Shown here one piece after another: positions 1-12,112 of a DNA stretch of 55,960 nucleotides. The notes under the pieces were generated by a model, which was not told the origin of the DNA, searched no databases, and saw only the letters and a list, made by a program, of their open reading frames with translations. The position numbers and the translations under genes were made by a program. The DNA comes from Chiloscyllium plagiosum (taxonomy: Eukaryota), in contig NW_025215381.1 of the NCBI RefSeq assembly GCF_004010195.1, positions 838,184-894,143 of the forward strand, in the 5' to 3' direction. Position 1 is the stretch's first letter; the number at the start of each line of letters is the position of its first letter.

Positions 1-470
1 CCCACCATCTACAATGCATTATTGAGGAGTCTGTTGAAATACTCCCCACTTGGACTGCATTGTTACAGCTTCAACAAAAGCTCAAAATTAATCAGGATAA
101 AGCTGCCACTTGACTGGTACTTTGAACCAACAATGCTCAGAAGCACTGCAGAAATTTACCAAGGTTCATTCTGTCTTTCTTTATTCCAGTATGCCATAAT
201 GGTGTCATGGGCAAGGACCAAATCAGTCTTGAATTCATTGAAACATCAATCATTTCACAGGAGAGTAAAAGCACACCTGGAGTCACATGTAGGTTTGAAC
301 GGGTTAGTTCACATGACCATGTAGTTATCAAACTGTAGCCACTTCCACCCACAAGGACAGGTGCAGCATAGACATGGGAACATCACCTGCAAATTTTCTC
401 TCCAAGCCACTCATCAACTTGATTGGTATTAATTCTGTTACCTCGCTATCACCGAGGCAAAATTCTAGAA
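1..470 (+). mobile_element. Degenerate L2/CR1-like LINE 3' fragment
   Basis: Shares segments (ccaccatctaca, ccaagccact) with the decayed element at 53640-55090. Confidence 0.5.
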
Positions 471-2364
471 TGTGCTCCTTTTAAACAGTAGTAATTGCAT
501 CCAACAGAATTCAGTAGATCAGCACATTTGGGATGGGCTAAAGCAGGCACATCCGATGAGAGAAATAAAAAATTTTTTGCATCCTGTGAGCCATCTTTTA
601 ATTACCTTTGCTACCGGTGCCCTGTTCTACAGCTCCACTTGGCTTTGCATCATTTGCAAAAAAATGTTATCACTGCTGCAGCTTCAAAGTTATTAATACC
701 AATTGTGAATAAGTGAGGCCAAAACAAATTCTTGTCGCACTCCAATGGTCTCAACTCAAAATGCTCACTTTCTGCTTTCCTGTCTGTTAACAAATCTTCT
801 CAAACAGGTCACAGCTACAAGCTTTTTCATTACAAGCATGGCACATTATCTGACCAATATTACAGCGCTATTTGTTGGAGCATGCTGTGTACAGACCAAC
901 TCTTCTGTTTTCTAAATCACAGCAGAAACTGTAAGGAGATTGCAAGTTGTGAGAGCAGCTGAAAGAGAAGCAGCCATCGCTACACAGCAAGGGTTAACCA
1001 ACCCTGATTGATAAAGGAACTCCAAACTACCCAGTTGTCATGACCAATCTTTTTGACCAAGTGCTCAGATTGAGAAAGATTCCATTTCAGGTCACTGTAC
1101 TGTTTGAACTGCTTTGCAAACAATACATAGAACTAGCAATTCAAGAAGTGACGAAGGATCACAGGGGAAAATGTGAAAACAGAGAAGGGCATTTTGAGAA
1201 ATGGGGACTGAGCAAATAATCAGCCCCATTGAATCAGTACATAGATTCCACAGCAATGTGGTCAGTTGCAGTTGGAACAAGCTGCAGAAACCTTTCTAGT
1301 TAGCAAGAATTTACTGTGCAAACTACTTCAAAGATATGGAAGCTAATGCAGTTTGTTATTTTAAAAATCATACTGAACTTAAAACTTTTATAAACAGTGA
1401 AGTTTCAAACGAGCAAGCTAATAGCAAAAGTGAATTCCATCTGAGGATGGTCTGTCAATAAAGCATCATCTGCACTAATGACATTTTAGAAAATGCTCAA
1501 GGAGTCAGCACATAGTATAATGCATGACTGGGCAAAAGCACGTTTCATCGCCACTGCAGTCAACGGTAGTATAGTCCTTAATCCCGGGCAGAGCACAGTT
1601 ATTGCAAACACAGTGCCGACCAAATTGTGAATACCAAGAGACACTCCATGCGGTACAGAGGAATCAGATCACACTCCCATTTACCAGGCAAACCAATATA
1701 GAAACTGGCCCAGCAGTAAGACACATTACCGCCCTGCGCCTCAGTGCCCGTGACTTCACCAAATGCTCTGCAGCACAGATACCCCTCAATATAACCTCTG
1801 CCCCCGATTACCCAATGCTAACTCTTTCTCCCAGCCCAATAAACGAACCCACGCGGCCCAGAAGAAAACCACCGCAGATTCCGGGATAGAACCACGTTAC
1901 GTCCTCCTTCCGCCCCGGGCCTTTCTCCCACTCTCATACCGTACGAGCTCTCCCTCCAGACTTTAGCCCCGGATCTGCCCCCGCAGGCCTCACGCCCAGC
2001 CCCCGACCCTCTTGGCTGGCGTTTACCCCAGCCTTCCTCACCCCACCACATCGGTCTCCTGCTCCTCCCAATAGCTTTCTCGGCCTGGAAAGCCTACAGC
2101 CCCGGGTTTTCCTTGCCGCCTCCCCAACCCCCCCCTCCTTCTTCTCCCACACCCCAGCCCCAATGGCGGCCGCGGCCTACACCGTTCACCCCACCTTCCC
2201 TCTCGCGCCCAAGGCGCCGCCCATTGCCTTCCCCTCTTCGGGCCGCCTGATCTTCTCCGGACCCTCACGGCCCATTCGGGCACACCCAGGCTTCCCTCCA
2301 CGCCCTGCGGGACCGTTACCGCCGCCAAACCCTCCCCGGCCACCGCCACATGGACGCCACTCAC

Positions 2365-2387
2365 CGTCCGAGAGACTGACAGGAAAG
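2365..2387 (-). other. Putative non-coding first exon of an unidentified minus-strand gene with a TCT/5'TOP-like start
   Basis: Minus strand reads cc|CTTTCCTGTCAGTCTCTCGGACG|gtgagt: TCT-motif consensus YYC+1TTTYY followed by a consensus donor, inside the CpG island; no ATG. Confidence 0.6.
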
Positions 2388-2428
2388 GGCGGTGCTGCGC
2401 AAGCGCCTGCCCGGCTGATAGGCGCCGC

Positions 2429-2826
2429 TGCGCCTGCGCCCTGCCGGGACCCGCCCCCTCGCTCACAGCAGCGGGGTCGTCGTCCTCCTCCACGAGGGGC
2501 GAAGAGGGGGGGGGGAGGGGAAGGTGAGAACCCAAATGCGCCTGCGCAAGGCCGTCTCCTCCTCGCCCTCCCACGGAGATGCCGCACTCTGAGCCTGCGC
2601 AAGGTGTCCACCCGCCTGAGTACCGAACAAACGTTCCGATCTGCGCCTGCGTGTAGCTCCCCGTCCCTTCCTCGCACACCTTAGTCACACAAAGTGCCTG
2701 CGCATAACGCCCCCGTAACCGAACACGCACGAAGCCCTTACGCACTGCGCCTGCGCAAGGATTCCCCTCCCCCCACTCTCTCCTATTGCGCACTGCGTCC
2801 TCGCGGCACTGCGCTGCGCGTGCGCA
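2429..2826. promoter_or_regulatory. Cluster of NRF1-type motifs
   Basis: TGCGCCTGCGCA at 2537 and 2746, TGCGCGTGCGCA at 2815, variants at 2429, 2590, 2642 and 2693. Confidence 0.75.
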
Positions 2827-3039
2827 ACTTTCTGCTGACACTGAACCTCTCAGACTCCCCCTGTGGGGGAGGGGGGAGGAAAAGACCTTTAAAGGGCCAC
2901 CCCCTTGTCATTCAACCCAGGTCTACCAGTATTGTGCTATCAGCAGGAAGTAGATGCAGAGTAAAAAGGAAAATCTCATTGTGGTCCAGTTAAATTGGTT
3001 GGCCCATTCCTGAGGCCATAGTGTTGCTTGAGGGAAAAT

Positions 3040-3400
3040 GATGAGAAAGCCATGTCAATGGTGGAACTGTAGGACTGGACAGAATGCTGGAAAGTACATT
3101 AGAGTATGAATTTTGGCAAGTGCCCTCTTTTCTTAGCTGAAAATTTCCTATGATTCAGAAGAATTCCCATTGACTCCCCTTCCAATAGCAGCCATGGGAT
3201 CTTTTTCATCCATCTGAAAGGTCAAACAGTGGAGGGGGCTCTAGACTTAACATCACCCATAAAAGAATGGGCCTTTGTCAGTGTACCACTTCCTCCATGT
3301 TAGTCCTTGGCATGTCAGCTTGCATCATAGGCTCAGCTCTCTGCAGTGGGACTTGGACTCACAATTTTCTGAATCAGAAATGAGCAAAGTGTCCAGTGAA
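3040..3400 (-). mobile_element. Ancient DeuSINE-like (SacSINE1-type) SINE
   Basis: Reverse complement contains the Deu-domain-like AAAAGATCCCATGGC; related decayed copies near 26290-26560, 33130-33470 and 42500-42625. Confidence 0.55.
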
Positions 3401-3676
3401 TTGTAGATGATTGTTTTGTCAGATCATACTTTGATTTTGAAAACTATACTAGACTATTTTTGACATATTTAAATCTGTATTTCTTTCCCAAATGTACTTT
3501 GTCATTCATATGTAGCACATAGCAACTTAGCATACCCTGATGATGCAGCCTGTAGTGCAGGCCCTATCCAATCGTGGAATGTATTTGATCTCCAAACTTG
3601 AAGATATAGGCAATGTCTCAGAGATAGAGGGTCCCACTGCAAATATGGTACATACTATACCAAGCCCACTTATTTT

Positions 3677-4155
3677 ATAGAGTCATAGAGTCCGACAGCA
3701 TGGTGACAGGACTCAAACTAGTCAATGCCGACCAAAACATCCATCCACGCTAACCCAGTTCCCTGCTCTTGGCCCATATCCTTCCAAAGCTTTCCTAACC
3801 ATGTATTTGTCCAAATTCCTTTCAAATATTGTTCATGTATTAGCCTCAACCACTTCTGCTGGCAGCTCATTCCATACGTGTATCACTCTTTGTGTTAAAA
3901 AAAACAACAGGTTCCCTTTTATGCTTTCCCCTCTGACCGTAAACTAATGCCCTATAGTCCTCAATTCCCTAACCTTGGGAAAAAGACTGAGTGCATTCAC
4001 GGTATCCATGCCTCTCATGAGGTCTCATACACCTCTATAAGGTCCCCCCTCAGTCTCCTAAGCTGGAAAGCAAAAGTCCTAGCCTGTCCCTATTACCCCG
4101 ACCATCAAGTCCAAATTCTTGTAAATTTATTCTGTGCTCTTTCCAGTTTAATAAC
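3677..4155 (-). mobile_element. CR1/HER1 LINE 3' fragment
   Basis: (ctctatga)n-type tail and C-terminal ORF2-like sequence on the minus strand. Confidence 0.8.
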
Positions 4156-4156
4156 A

Positions 4157-6595
4157 TAGAACATTACTGCACAGTGCAGGCCCTTCAGCCCTCAATGTTG
4201 CGCTGACCTGTGGAACCAATCTGAAGCCTATCTATCCTACACTATTCGATTCTTGTCCATATGTTTATCCAATGACCATTTAAATGCCCTTAAGTTTGGC
4301 AAGTCTACTGGTATTGCAGCAGCGTGTTCCACGCCCCTATTACACTCTGAGTAAAGAAACTGCCTCTATATCTATCACCCCTCAATATAAAGTTATCTCC
4401 CCTTGTGCTAGCCAGCACCATCTAAGAAAAACGGCTCTCTCTGTCCACCCTATCTGACCCTCTGATTATCTTGTATGTTTCAGTTAAGTCACCTCTCAAC
4501 CTTCTCTCTAACAAAAACAGCCTGAAGTCCCTCAGCCTTTCCTCATAAGACCTTCCCTCCATACCAAGGAACGTCCAAGTCAACCTCCTCTCAACCCTTT
4601 CCAAAGCTTCCACATCCTTCCTATAATATGGTGACCAGAACTGTACGTTGTACGCAATACGCCAAGTGCGGCTGCACCAGAGTTTTGTACAGCTGCAGCA
4701 TGGCTCCGAAACTCAATCCCTGTACCAATAAAAGCTAACACACCATATGCCTTCTTAACAACCCTATCAACCTGGGTGGCAACTTTCAGCGATCTGTGTA
4801 CATGGACACTGAGATCTCTCTGCACATCTACACTACCAAAATTTTTACCATTAGTCTAGTACTCTTTATTAGTGTTGGTCATTCTAAAGTGAATCACCTC
4901 ACACTTTTCTGCATTAAACTCCATTTGCCACCTCTCAGCCAGGCTCCGCAGTTCATCTATGTCCCTCTGGAACCTGCAACATCCTTCAGCACTATCCATA
5001 ATCCCCCCCCGCCGACCTTAGTGACATCCGCAAATTTACTAACCCATCCTTTTATGCCCTCATCAAGGTTATTTATAAAAATGACAAATAGCAATGGTCC
5101 CAGAACAGATCCTTGCGGTACCTCACTAGTAACTGAACTCCAGGATGAACATTTCTCATCAACCACCACCGTCTGTCTTCTTTCAGCGAGCCAAAAGCTG
5201 ATCCAAACCACTAAATCACTGTCAATCCCATGCCTCCATATTTTCTGCAATAGCCTATCTTATCAAACACCTTACTGAAATCCATATACATCACATCAAC
5301 TGCTTTACTCTCATCCACCTGTTTGGTCACCATCTCAAAGAACTCAATAAGATTTGTGAGGCACAACCGACACTTCACAAAACCATGTTGACTATCCCTA
5401 ATCAACTTATTTCTCTCTAGGTGATTATAAATCCTATTTCTTATAACCTTTTCCAACACTTCACCCACAACCGAAGTAAGGCTCACTGGCCTATAATTAC
5501 CAGGGTTGTCTCTACTCCCTTCTTGAACAAGGGGACAAATTTGCTATCCTCAGTCTTCTGGTACTATTTCTGTAGACAATGATGACATAAAGATCAAAGC
5601 CAAAGACTCTGCAATCTCCTCCCTGGTTTCCCAGAGAATCCTAGGATATGTCCCATCTGGCCCAGGGGAATTATCTATTCTCACACTTTCCAGAATTGCT
5701 AACACCTCCTCCTTGTGAACCTTAATCCTGTCTAGACTAATAGCCTGTATCTCAGTATTCTCCTCATCAACATTGTCTTTTTCCAGTGTGAATAATATTC
5801 ATTTAGTGCTTCCCCTAGCTCCTTGTACTCCATGCACAACTTCCCACTACAATCCTTGATTGGCCCTAATCTTTGCTGAAAAATGTGATGCTGGAAAGGC
5901 GCAGCAGGTCAGGCGGCATCAAAGGCTTATGCCCGAAACGTCGATTCTCCTCCTCCTTAGATGCTGCCTGACCTGCTGCACTTTTCCAGCAACACATTTT
6001 TCAGCTCTCATCTTCAGCATCTGCAGTCCTCACTTTTTCCCTTGGCCCTAATCTTTCTCTAGTCATTCTTTTATTTATGAAATACCTATAGAAAGCTTTA
6101 GGGTTTTCTTTGATTCTATCTGCCAACGCCTTCTCATGTCACCTCCTGGCTCTTCTTAGCTCTCTCTTTAGGTCTTTCCTGGCTACCTGGTAACTCTCAA
6201 GTGCCCTAACTGCGCCTTCACGTCTCATCCTAACATAAGCCTTCTTCCTCTTGACAAGAACTTCAACTTCTTCAGTAAACAAAACTTTCTTCCTATAACA
6301 AGATGATGAAAACTGAACACAATATTCCAAGTGTGGCCTCAGCAATGTCCTGTACAACAGTAACTTCCCAACTTCTATACTCAGTGCCCTGACTGATGAA
6401 GGCCAGTGTGCCAAGAGCCTCCTTCACTACCGGTGACTCCACTTTCAGAGAACTGTGAACCTGAACTCCAAGATCCCTCTGTTCCACTAAACTCTTTAAG
6501 GCCCTACCATTCACCATGAAACTCCTACCTTGATTTGACCTGCCAAAATGCAGACCTCAGACTTATCTATATTAAAGTCCATGTGCCATTTCCTT
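4157..6595 (-). mobile_element. CR1-clade LINE ORF2 (reverse transcriptase) remnant with frameshifts, plus an adjacent CR1 fragment
   Basis: Minus-strand ORFs give SLTSVVG, SQHGFVK..CLTNLIEFFE, VPQGSVLGPLLFVIFIN..SKFAD and LERVERR. Confidence 0.93.
5875..6041. mobile_element. Palindromic Penelope-terminal element (family 1) inserted in CR1
   Basis: Inverted arms gctggaaa.gcgcagcaggtcagg / cctgacctgctgc.cttttccagc; 15-bp target-site duplication ttggccctaatcttt at 5860-5874 and 6042-6056. Confidence 0.8.
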
Positions 6596-6740
6596 CAGTT
6601 TTCAGTTTGCATCTCAAGATATAAGTCACATTGTGACTTTACCTTGCTTTGATACAAAGTCTTTCAGCAAGTCGCCATGTCCTGAAGCACTATCTCTAGT
6701 GGTCAGGATCAAGGCAGTTGAAGGCACTGGTAGAGAGTAT

Positions 6741-7035
6741 GATTAGATTAGATTCCCTACAGTATGGAAACAGGCCCTTCGGCCCAAGAAGTCCACACTG
6801 ACCCTCTGAAGAGTATCCCATTCAGACCCATTCCCCTACCCTATATTTACCCCTGATTCACGTGACCTGCACATCTGTGAATTGTGGGAGGAAACTGGAG
6901 CACCCGGAGAAAGCCCACACAGACACGGGGAGAATGTGTAAACTCCACACAGACAGTCGCCTGAGACGGGAATCAAACCCAGGTCCCTGGTGCTGTGAGG
7001 CAGCAGTGCCAACCACTGAGCCACTGTACCGTCCA
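6741..7035 (-). mobile_element. HE1-type tRNA-derived SINE
   Basis: Head gtggctcagtggt..gcactgctgcctcacagc..ggt.tgattc, central ctgtgtggagttt and (aatct)n tail. Confidence 0.9.
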
Positions 7036-7167
7036 CAATGGTGGAATTCCGGACAGACAGTAGGCCAAACTTTCTTTCCTGGCATAGTCTCACAGTATTT
7101 CTCTCAATGGAAATCTTCCATAATAACACAAGTACAGAGGAACAAGAGTACACCATTCAGCCCCTAA

Positions 7168-7528
7168 GACCATAAGACATAGGAGTGGAAGTAAGGCCAT
7201 TCGGCCCATCGAGTCCACTCCGCCATTCGCCATTCAATCATGGCTGACGGGCATTTCAACTCCACTTACCCGCATTCTCCCCGTTGCCCTTAAATCCTTG
7301 TGACATCAAGAATTTATCAATCTCTGCCTTGAAGATATTTAGCGTCCCAGCCTCCACTGCACTCCGCGGCAATGAATCCCACAGGCCCACCACTCTCTGG
7401 CTGAAGAAATGTCTCCGCATTTCTGTTCTGAATTTACCCCCTCTAATTCTAAGGCTGTGTCCATGGGTCCTAGTCTCCTCGCCTAACGGAAACAATTTCC
7501 TAGCGCCCACCCTTTCCAAGCCATGTAA
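7168..7528 (-). mobile_element. CR1 LINE 3' end
   Basis: ORF TRTHGHSLRI..FFSQRVVGLWDSLP..FKAEIDKF; tcttatg tail. Confidence 0.85.
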
Positions 7529-8081
7529 AGCCTAGTCTGCCATACAATGAGATCAGAGCTGATCTGTAGCCTAACTCTATACATATGCCTTTGGCCCCTA
7601 TCTCTTAATACCTTTGCTTAACAAAAAATGTCAGATTTAAAATGAATAACTGATCTAGCATCCAATGCAGCTTGTGGAAGAGAGTTCTAAACATCTCTGA
7701 CCCTTTGCATGCAAAAGTGCATCTTAAATACGACAAGGAGTGGGCAATTCAGCCTCTCGAACTTGCTGCACTGTTGTTAAGGTCATGGCTGATCTGATTG
7801 TGGCTTTGACTCCACTTTCCTTTCTGATCCCCATTAACCCTTGACTCCTCTGTTGATTAAAAATCTGTCTAATTTAGACTGGAATACATGAATGATGTAG
7901 CCTCCATTGCTGTCTAAGGAAGAGCATTCCAAATGCTAACAGCATTCTAACAGAAGAAATTGCTCCTTATCTCAGTCTTAAACAGAAGACCTCATATTTT
8001 AAACTGTGGCCTCTTATTCCCCACAAGGAAAACATCCTTTTCGTATCTACCCTGTTGAGTCCAATCAGAGGCTTATATAGC

Positions 8082-8800
8082 GTCATAGAGATGTACAGCA
8101 CGGACACAGACCCATCGGTCCAACTCATCCATGCTGACCAGTTATCCCAACTCAATCTTGTCCCACCTGCCAGCACTTGGCCCATGTCCCTCCAAATCCT
8201 CCTATTCATATACCCATCCAGATGCCTTTGAAATGTTGCAATTGTACTAGCCTTCACCACTTCCTCTGGTAGCGCATTCCATACACATACTCTGAGTGAA
8301 AACGTTGCCCCTTAGGTCTCTTTTATATCTTTCCCCTCTCACCCTAAACCTATTCCCTCTAGTTCTGGACTCCCCCACCCCAGGGAAAAGACTTTGTCTA
8401 TTTATCCTATCCATGCCCCTCATGATTTTATAAACCTCTATAAGGTCACCCCTCAGCCTCCGAGGCTCCAGGGAAACAGCCCTAGCTTATTCAGCCTCTC
8501 CCCTTAGCTCAAATCCTCCAATCCTGGCAACATCCTTCTAGATCTTTTCTGAACCCTTTCAAGTTTCACAACATACCTCCGAGAGGAAGACCAGAATTGC
8601 AATATTCCAAAAGTGGTCTACTCAATACTCTGACCAATAAAGGAAAGCATACCAAACGCCTACTTCACTATCCTATCTACCTGCGACTCCACTTTCAAGG
8701 AGCTATGAACCTGCACTTTGTTCAGCAACACTTCCTTGGACCTTCCCATTAAGTGTATAAGTCCTGCGAAGCTTTGCTTTCCCAAAATGCAGCACCTCAC
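8082..8800 (-). mobile_element. HER1/CR1 LINE 3' fragment
   Basis: FQRHLDGYMNR motif and ctctatga tail. Confidence 0.85.
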
Positions 8801-9118
8801 ATTAATAAGATCACCTCTGATGTTTTAAACTCAAATAAGTATAAACCCAAACTGTTGAACTGACAAACCCTTTGACCCAAGATTGAGCCTAGTTAACCTT
8901 CTCCCACTACTGTGTTGCAAATATGATCTTAAGGAAGCCAGAACTGTACACTAAATTCTAGATATGGTCTCACCAAGGCCCCTGTACAGTAAGTCACAGA
9001 GATCTACAGCACAGAACAAAGCCAATCGTGCTTGTGCATGTCAAAAACAATCACCTAAAGATTCTATCCAATTTTCCAGCATTTAGCCCATCATCTTGTA
9101 TGCCTTGGCACATCTAAA

Positions 9119-9367
9119 CTGAAAATGTGTTGCTGGAAAAGCGCAGCAGGTCAGGCAGCATCCAAGGAGCAGGAGAATTGACGTTTCTGGCATGAGCCCT
9201 TCTTCAGGAATGAGGAAAGGCTTCAGGTCAGGCTTTCCACATTCCTGAAGAAGGGCTTATGCTCGAAACGTCGATTCTCCTGCTCCTTGGATGCTGCCTG
9301 ACCTGCTGCGCTTTTCCAGCAACACATTTTCAGCTCTGATCTCCAGCATCTGCAGTCCTCACTTTCT
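9119..9367. mobile_element. Palindromic Penelope-terminal element (family 1) with hammerhead cores
   Basis: Inverted arms of about 90 bp; 16-bp target-site duplication ccttggcacatctaaa at 9103-9118 and 9368-9383. Confidence 0.85.
9245..9272 (+). ncRNA. Minimal type I hammerhead ribozyme core
   Basis: CUGAAGA-A-GGGC(UUAU)GCUC-GAAA-C-GUC; helix I pairing is weak. Confidence 0.55.
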
Positions 9368-9899
9368 CCTTGGCACATCTAAATACTAGTTTAATGTTAT
9401 GAGGGTGACAGTCTCTATCAGCTAACCAAGAGTGGGTTTCCCACTACTCTGTGGGTGAAAAGATATTTCCTGTCATGCCCTCTAAACCGCCTGCCCCTTA
9501 CCTTAAATCTATGCCCCCGGTCATTGATCCCTCCACCAGAGTATAAGTTTCATCTCGACTACTCTGTCTTTGCCCTTCATAATCTTATACATCTCTATCA
9601 TGTTCCCCTTCAGTCTTTTCTGCTCTGAGGAAATCAGCACCCATCTATTCATTCTTAACTAAAACTCTCCAGCTCAGGTAACATCCTGCTAAATCTCCTC
9701 TCCAGTTTAATCCCGTCTCTCCTGTGTGGATTCCAGAACTGCACACAATACTCAAACTCAGGCGTAACCAATGTTTAGTGCAATTCTCGTGTAAAGTACA
9801 GTTATAGCAAGACTTCCCTACTTTTGTACTCTATAGCCCTTGTGATTAAGGTCAATATTGTATTTGCCTTCCTGATTACTTGCATGCTAACTTTTTGTG

Positions 9900-10245
9900 A
9901 GGCATAGAATCACAGAATTCAGCTATTCAATTCTACACTGACCCACAAAAAAGCATCCCACTCAGATCTACCCCCCCCCCCCCCCCATCCTAACCCTGAA
10001 ATCCTGCTTTTCCCATGGCTAATTCATTGAGCCTGCACATCCTTAGACACTATGGGCAACTTACCATGGCCAAATCACCTAACCTGCACATCTTTGGACT
10101 GGGGGAGGAAACTGACGCACCCAACAGAAACCCATGCAGATGCGGGGAGAATGTGCAAAGTCCGCACAGAGAGTCACCCGAGGCTGGAGTCGAGCCCGGA
10201 TCCTTGGCACCATGAGGCAGCAATGCTAACAACCGAGCCACCCCA
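9900..10245 (-). mobile_element. HE1-type SINE
   Basis: Same head and core as the other copies. Confidence 0.85.
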
Positions 10246-10524
10246 AAGCACAGACACCCCAAATCCCTGTAGCATTCTACAGTCTGTCTCATTCTCTGTT
10301 CAAATATTATTCTGCTTTTCTACTCTTCCTGCCAAAGTACATAAGTTCATGTAGTGCCATGTTATACTCCACCTGCCAATGTTTTGCCTACTCTTTTAAT
10401 CTACCTATTTTTCTTTGCACACTTTCTCCTGTCAATGCTCAAATGTGATGTCAATACAGTCAATTCCTTCATCCAAGTCATTGATACAGATAGAAAAAGA
10501 GTTGAGGACACACAGCTGATCGCG

Positions 10525-10790
10525 TTGGCTCAGTGGTTAGCACTGCTGCATCACAGCACCAGGGACCCAGGTTCAATTCCTGACTCAGGCAGCTGTCTGT
10601 GTGGAGTTTGCACATTCTCCCCGTGTCTGTGTGGGTTTCCTCCCACAATCCAAAGATGTGCAGGTCAGGTGATTTGACCATGCTAAATTGCTCCTAGTGT
10701 TAGTTGCGGGGGTAAATGTAAGGGTCTGGGAGGGTTGGTGTGGACTTGTTGGGCTGAAGGGCCTGTTTCCACATGGTAGGGAGTCTAAGA
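10525..10790 (+). mobile_element. HE1-type SINE
   Basis: tggctcagtggttagcactgctgc..ggttcaattcc A/B boxes and conserved core. Confidence 0.9.
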
Positions 10791-10799
10791 ATCCACTAG

Positions 10800-11720
10800 T
10801 CACAGTTTACCATCCTGAGAATGCCCCCTGTTAATCAATTCTCAATCAGGTTGTAATATCACCATGAGCTCCTCCCTTGTCTAGCATTCTTTTAAATGGT
10901 GTCTTATCAAATCCCTTTTGAACATCTCAATACGCTATAAGATGTATGAGTAGAGATGGGCATTTGGCCCACCCAGTCTGCTCCAGCATTCAATGAGATC
11001 ATGGATTATTTGGTAATCCTCCACTCTACTTTGCTGCCTTATCCTAATATCCCTTGATTCCCTTGATGATTAAAATCTGTCTATCTCAGGTTTGAACAAC
11101 TCTCTACAGTTAAGAATTCCACAGATTGACTCACTCCGAGAGAAGAAATTTCCCCTTGTCTCTGTTTTTAAACTGCCTCTGCATTTAACCTGTCGAGCCC
11201 CTTAAGAAATTTATATCTGCTAGTTTCTCTCTATCCGCACGGCTTCTTACGTCCTTAGTTGAAACTTTATTGCTGGAACAGCACAGCAGGTCAGGCAGCA
11301 TCCAGGAAACGAGCCCCTTAAGAAATTTATATCTGCTAGTTTCTCTCTATCCGCACGGCTTCTTACGTCCTTAAACAGCTTTAATAAATGTGTCGAGTGT
11401 GATCTCCCTGTCACCCACCATGGCGTTCCTGCCTGATTTGTAATCCTGATTTGTTTTAACCTTCCAGCTGTAATCTTCCAGCATTTTCCCAATGACACAT
11501 CTTAGTCCAAATTGCCTGTAATTTCCTGCTTCTAGTCTTCTTCCTTTCTTTAATTGTGGTGTTATATTTACAGTTTTCCTATCCACTGGCATCCTTCCAA
11601 ACTTAGGGAACTTTGGATGATTACAAGCTTTGCATTGACATCTCTGCAACCCCTGCCTTAAGAACCGCAGGATGCACTGCACCAGTCCTGGGGGTCTGTT
11701 AGCCTTTACCCCCATTACTT
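10800..11720 (-). mobile_element. Older CR1 ORF2 fragments
   Basis: ORF with VNITPQLKKG...GNYRQ..L..VIGKMLE. Confidence 0.65.
11194..11373 (+). repeat. 64-bp perfect direct duplication flanking a 52-bp Penelope-terminal fragment
   Basis: 11194-11257 equals 11310-11373; the insert contains gctggaacagcacagcaggtcaggcagcatcc. Confidence 0.9.
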
Positions 11721-12112
11721 TTCTTTAAATAATAGTGTTTGTTTTAAGTTCTTCCCTCCTTTTAGTTCTAACTTCTATTCCCCTTGGGATTTTTTTTTCG
11801 TATTTGCTACTAGAAGTCCACGCAAAATACTTGCTCAAAATTAAATCAAAATACTGACGATGCTGGAGATCTGAAATAAAAATGGAAAATGCTAAAGAAA
11901 ATCAGCAGGTCTGGCAACGTCTATGGAGACAGAAACATTTTGAGTTCAGTACGATTCTTCTCATTGACTTAGACATTTATGCAGAGGAGGCCATTCTCCT
12001 ATCATGTCCATGTCGGCCATTTGGCCTATCCATGTTGGCCAACAAAGATCTGATTACATTAATTTCATTTCCAGCATTTGGCCCATAGACCTGGAGGCAA
12101 TGCAAACACATG

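Larger units (their letters stand above)
1720..2890. promoter_or_regulatory. CpG-island promoter
   Basis: Abrupt GC- and CpG-rich segment in an otherwise CpG-depleted window; contains NRF1-like motifs (TGCGCCTGCGCA), GC boxes and a YY1-like core (AATGGCGGC near 2162). Confidence 0.88.

Noticed and set aside
2537..2760. CRISPR-like repeat-spacer appearance
   Set aside because: The repeat is only about 12 bp and degenerate, matches a vertebrate transcription-factor motif, and there are no cas genes in this eukaryotic context
2038..2993. Long GC-rich ORFs of 99-267 aa over the CpG island
   Set aside because: Low-complexity R/G/P/A translations in several frames on both strands, as expected from stop-codon scarcity in GC-rich DNA; no recognisable domain
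6960..7035. tRNA-like A/B-box sequences here and in other SINE heads
   Set aside because: These are HE1 SINE heads continuous with SINE core and tail, not tRNA genes
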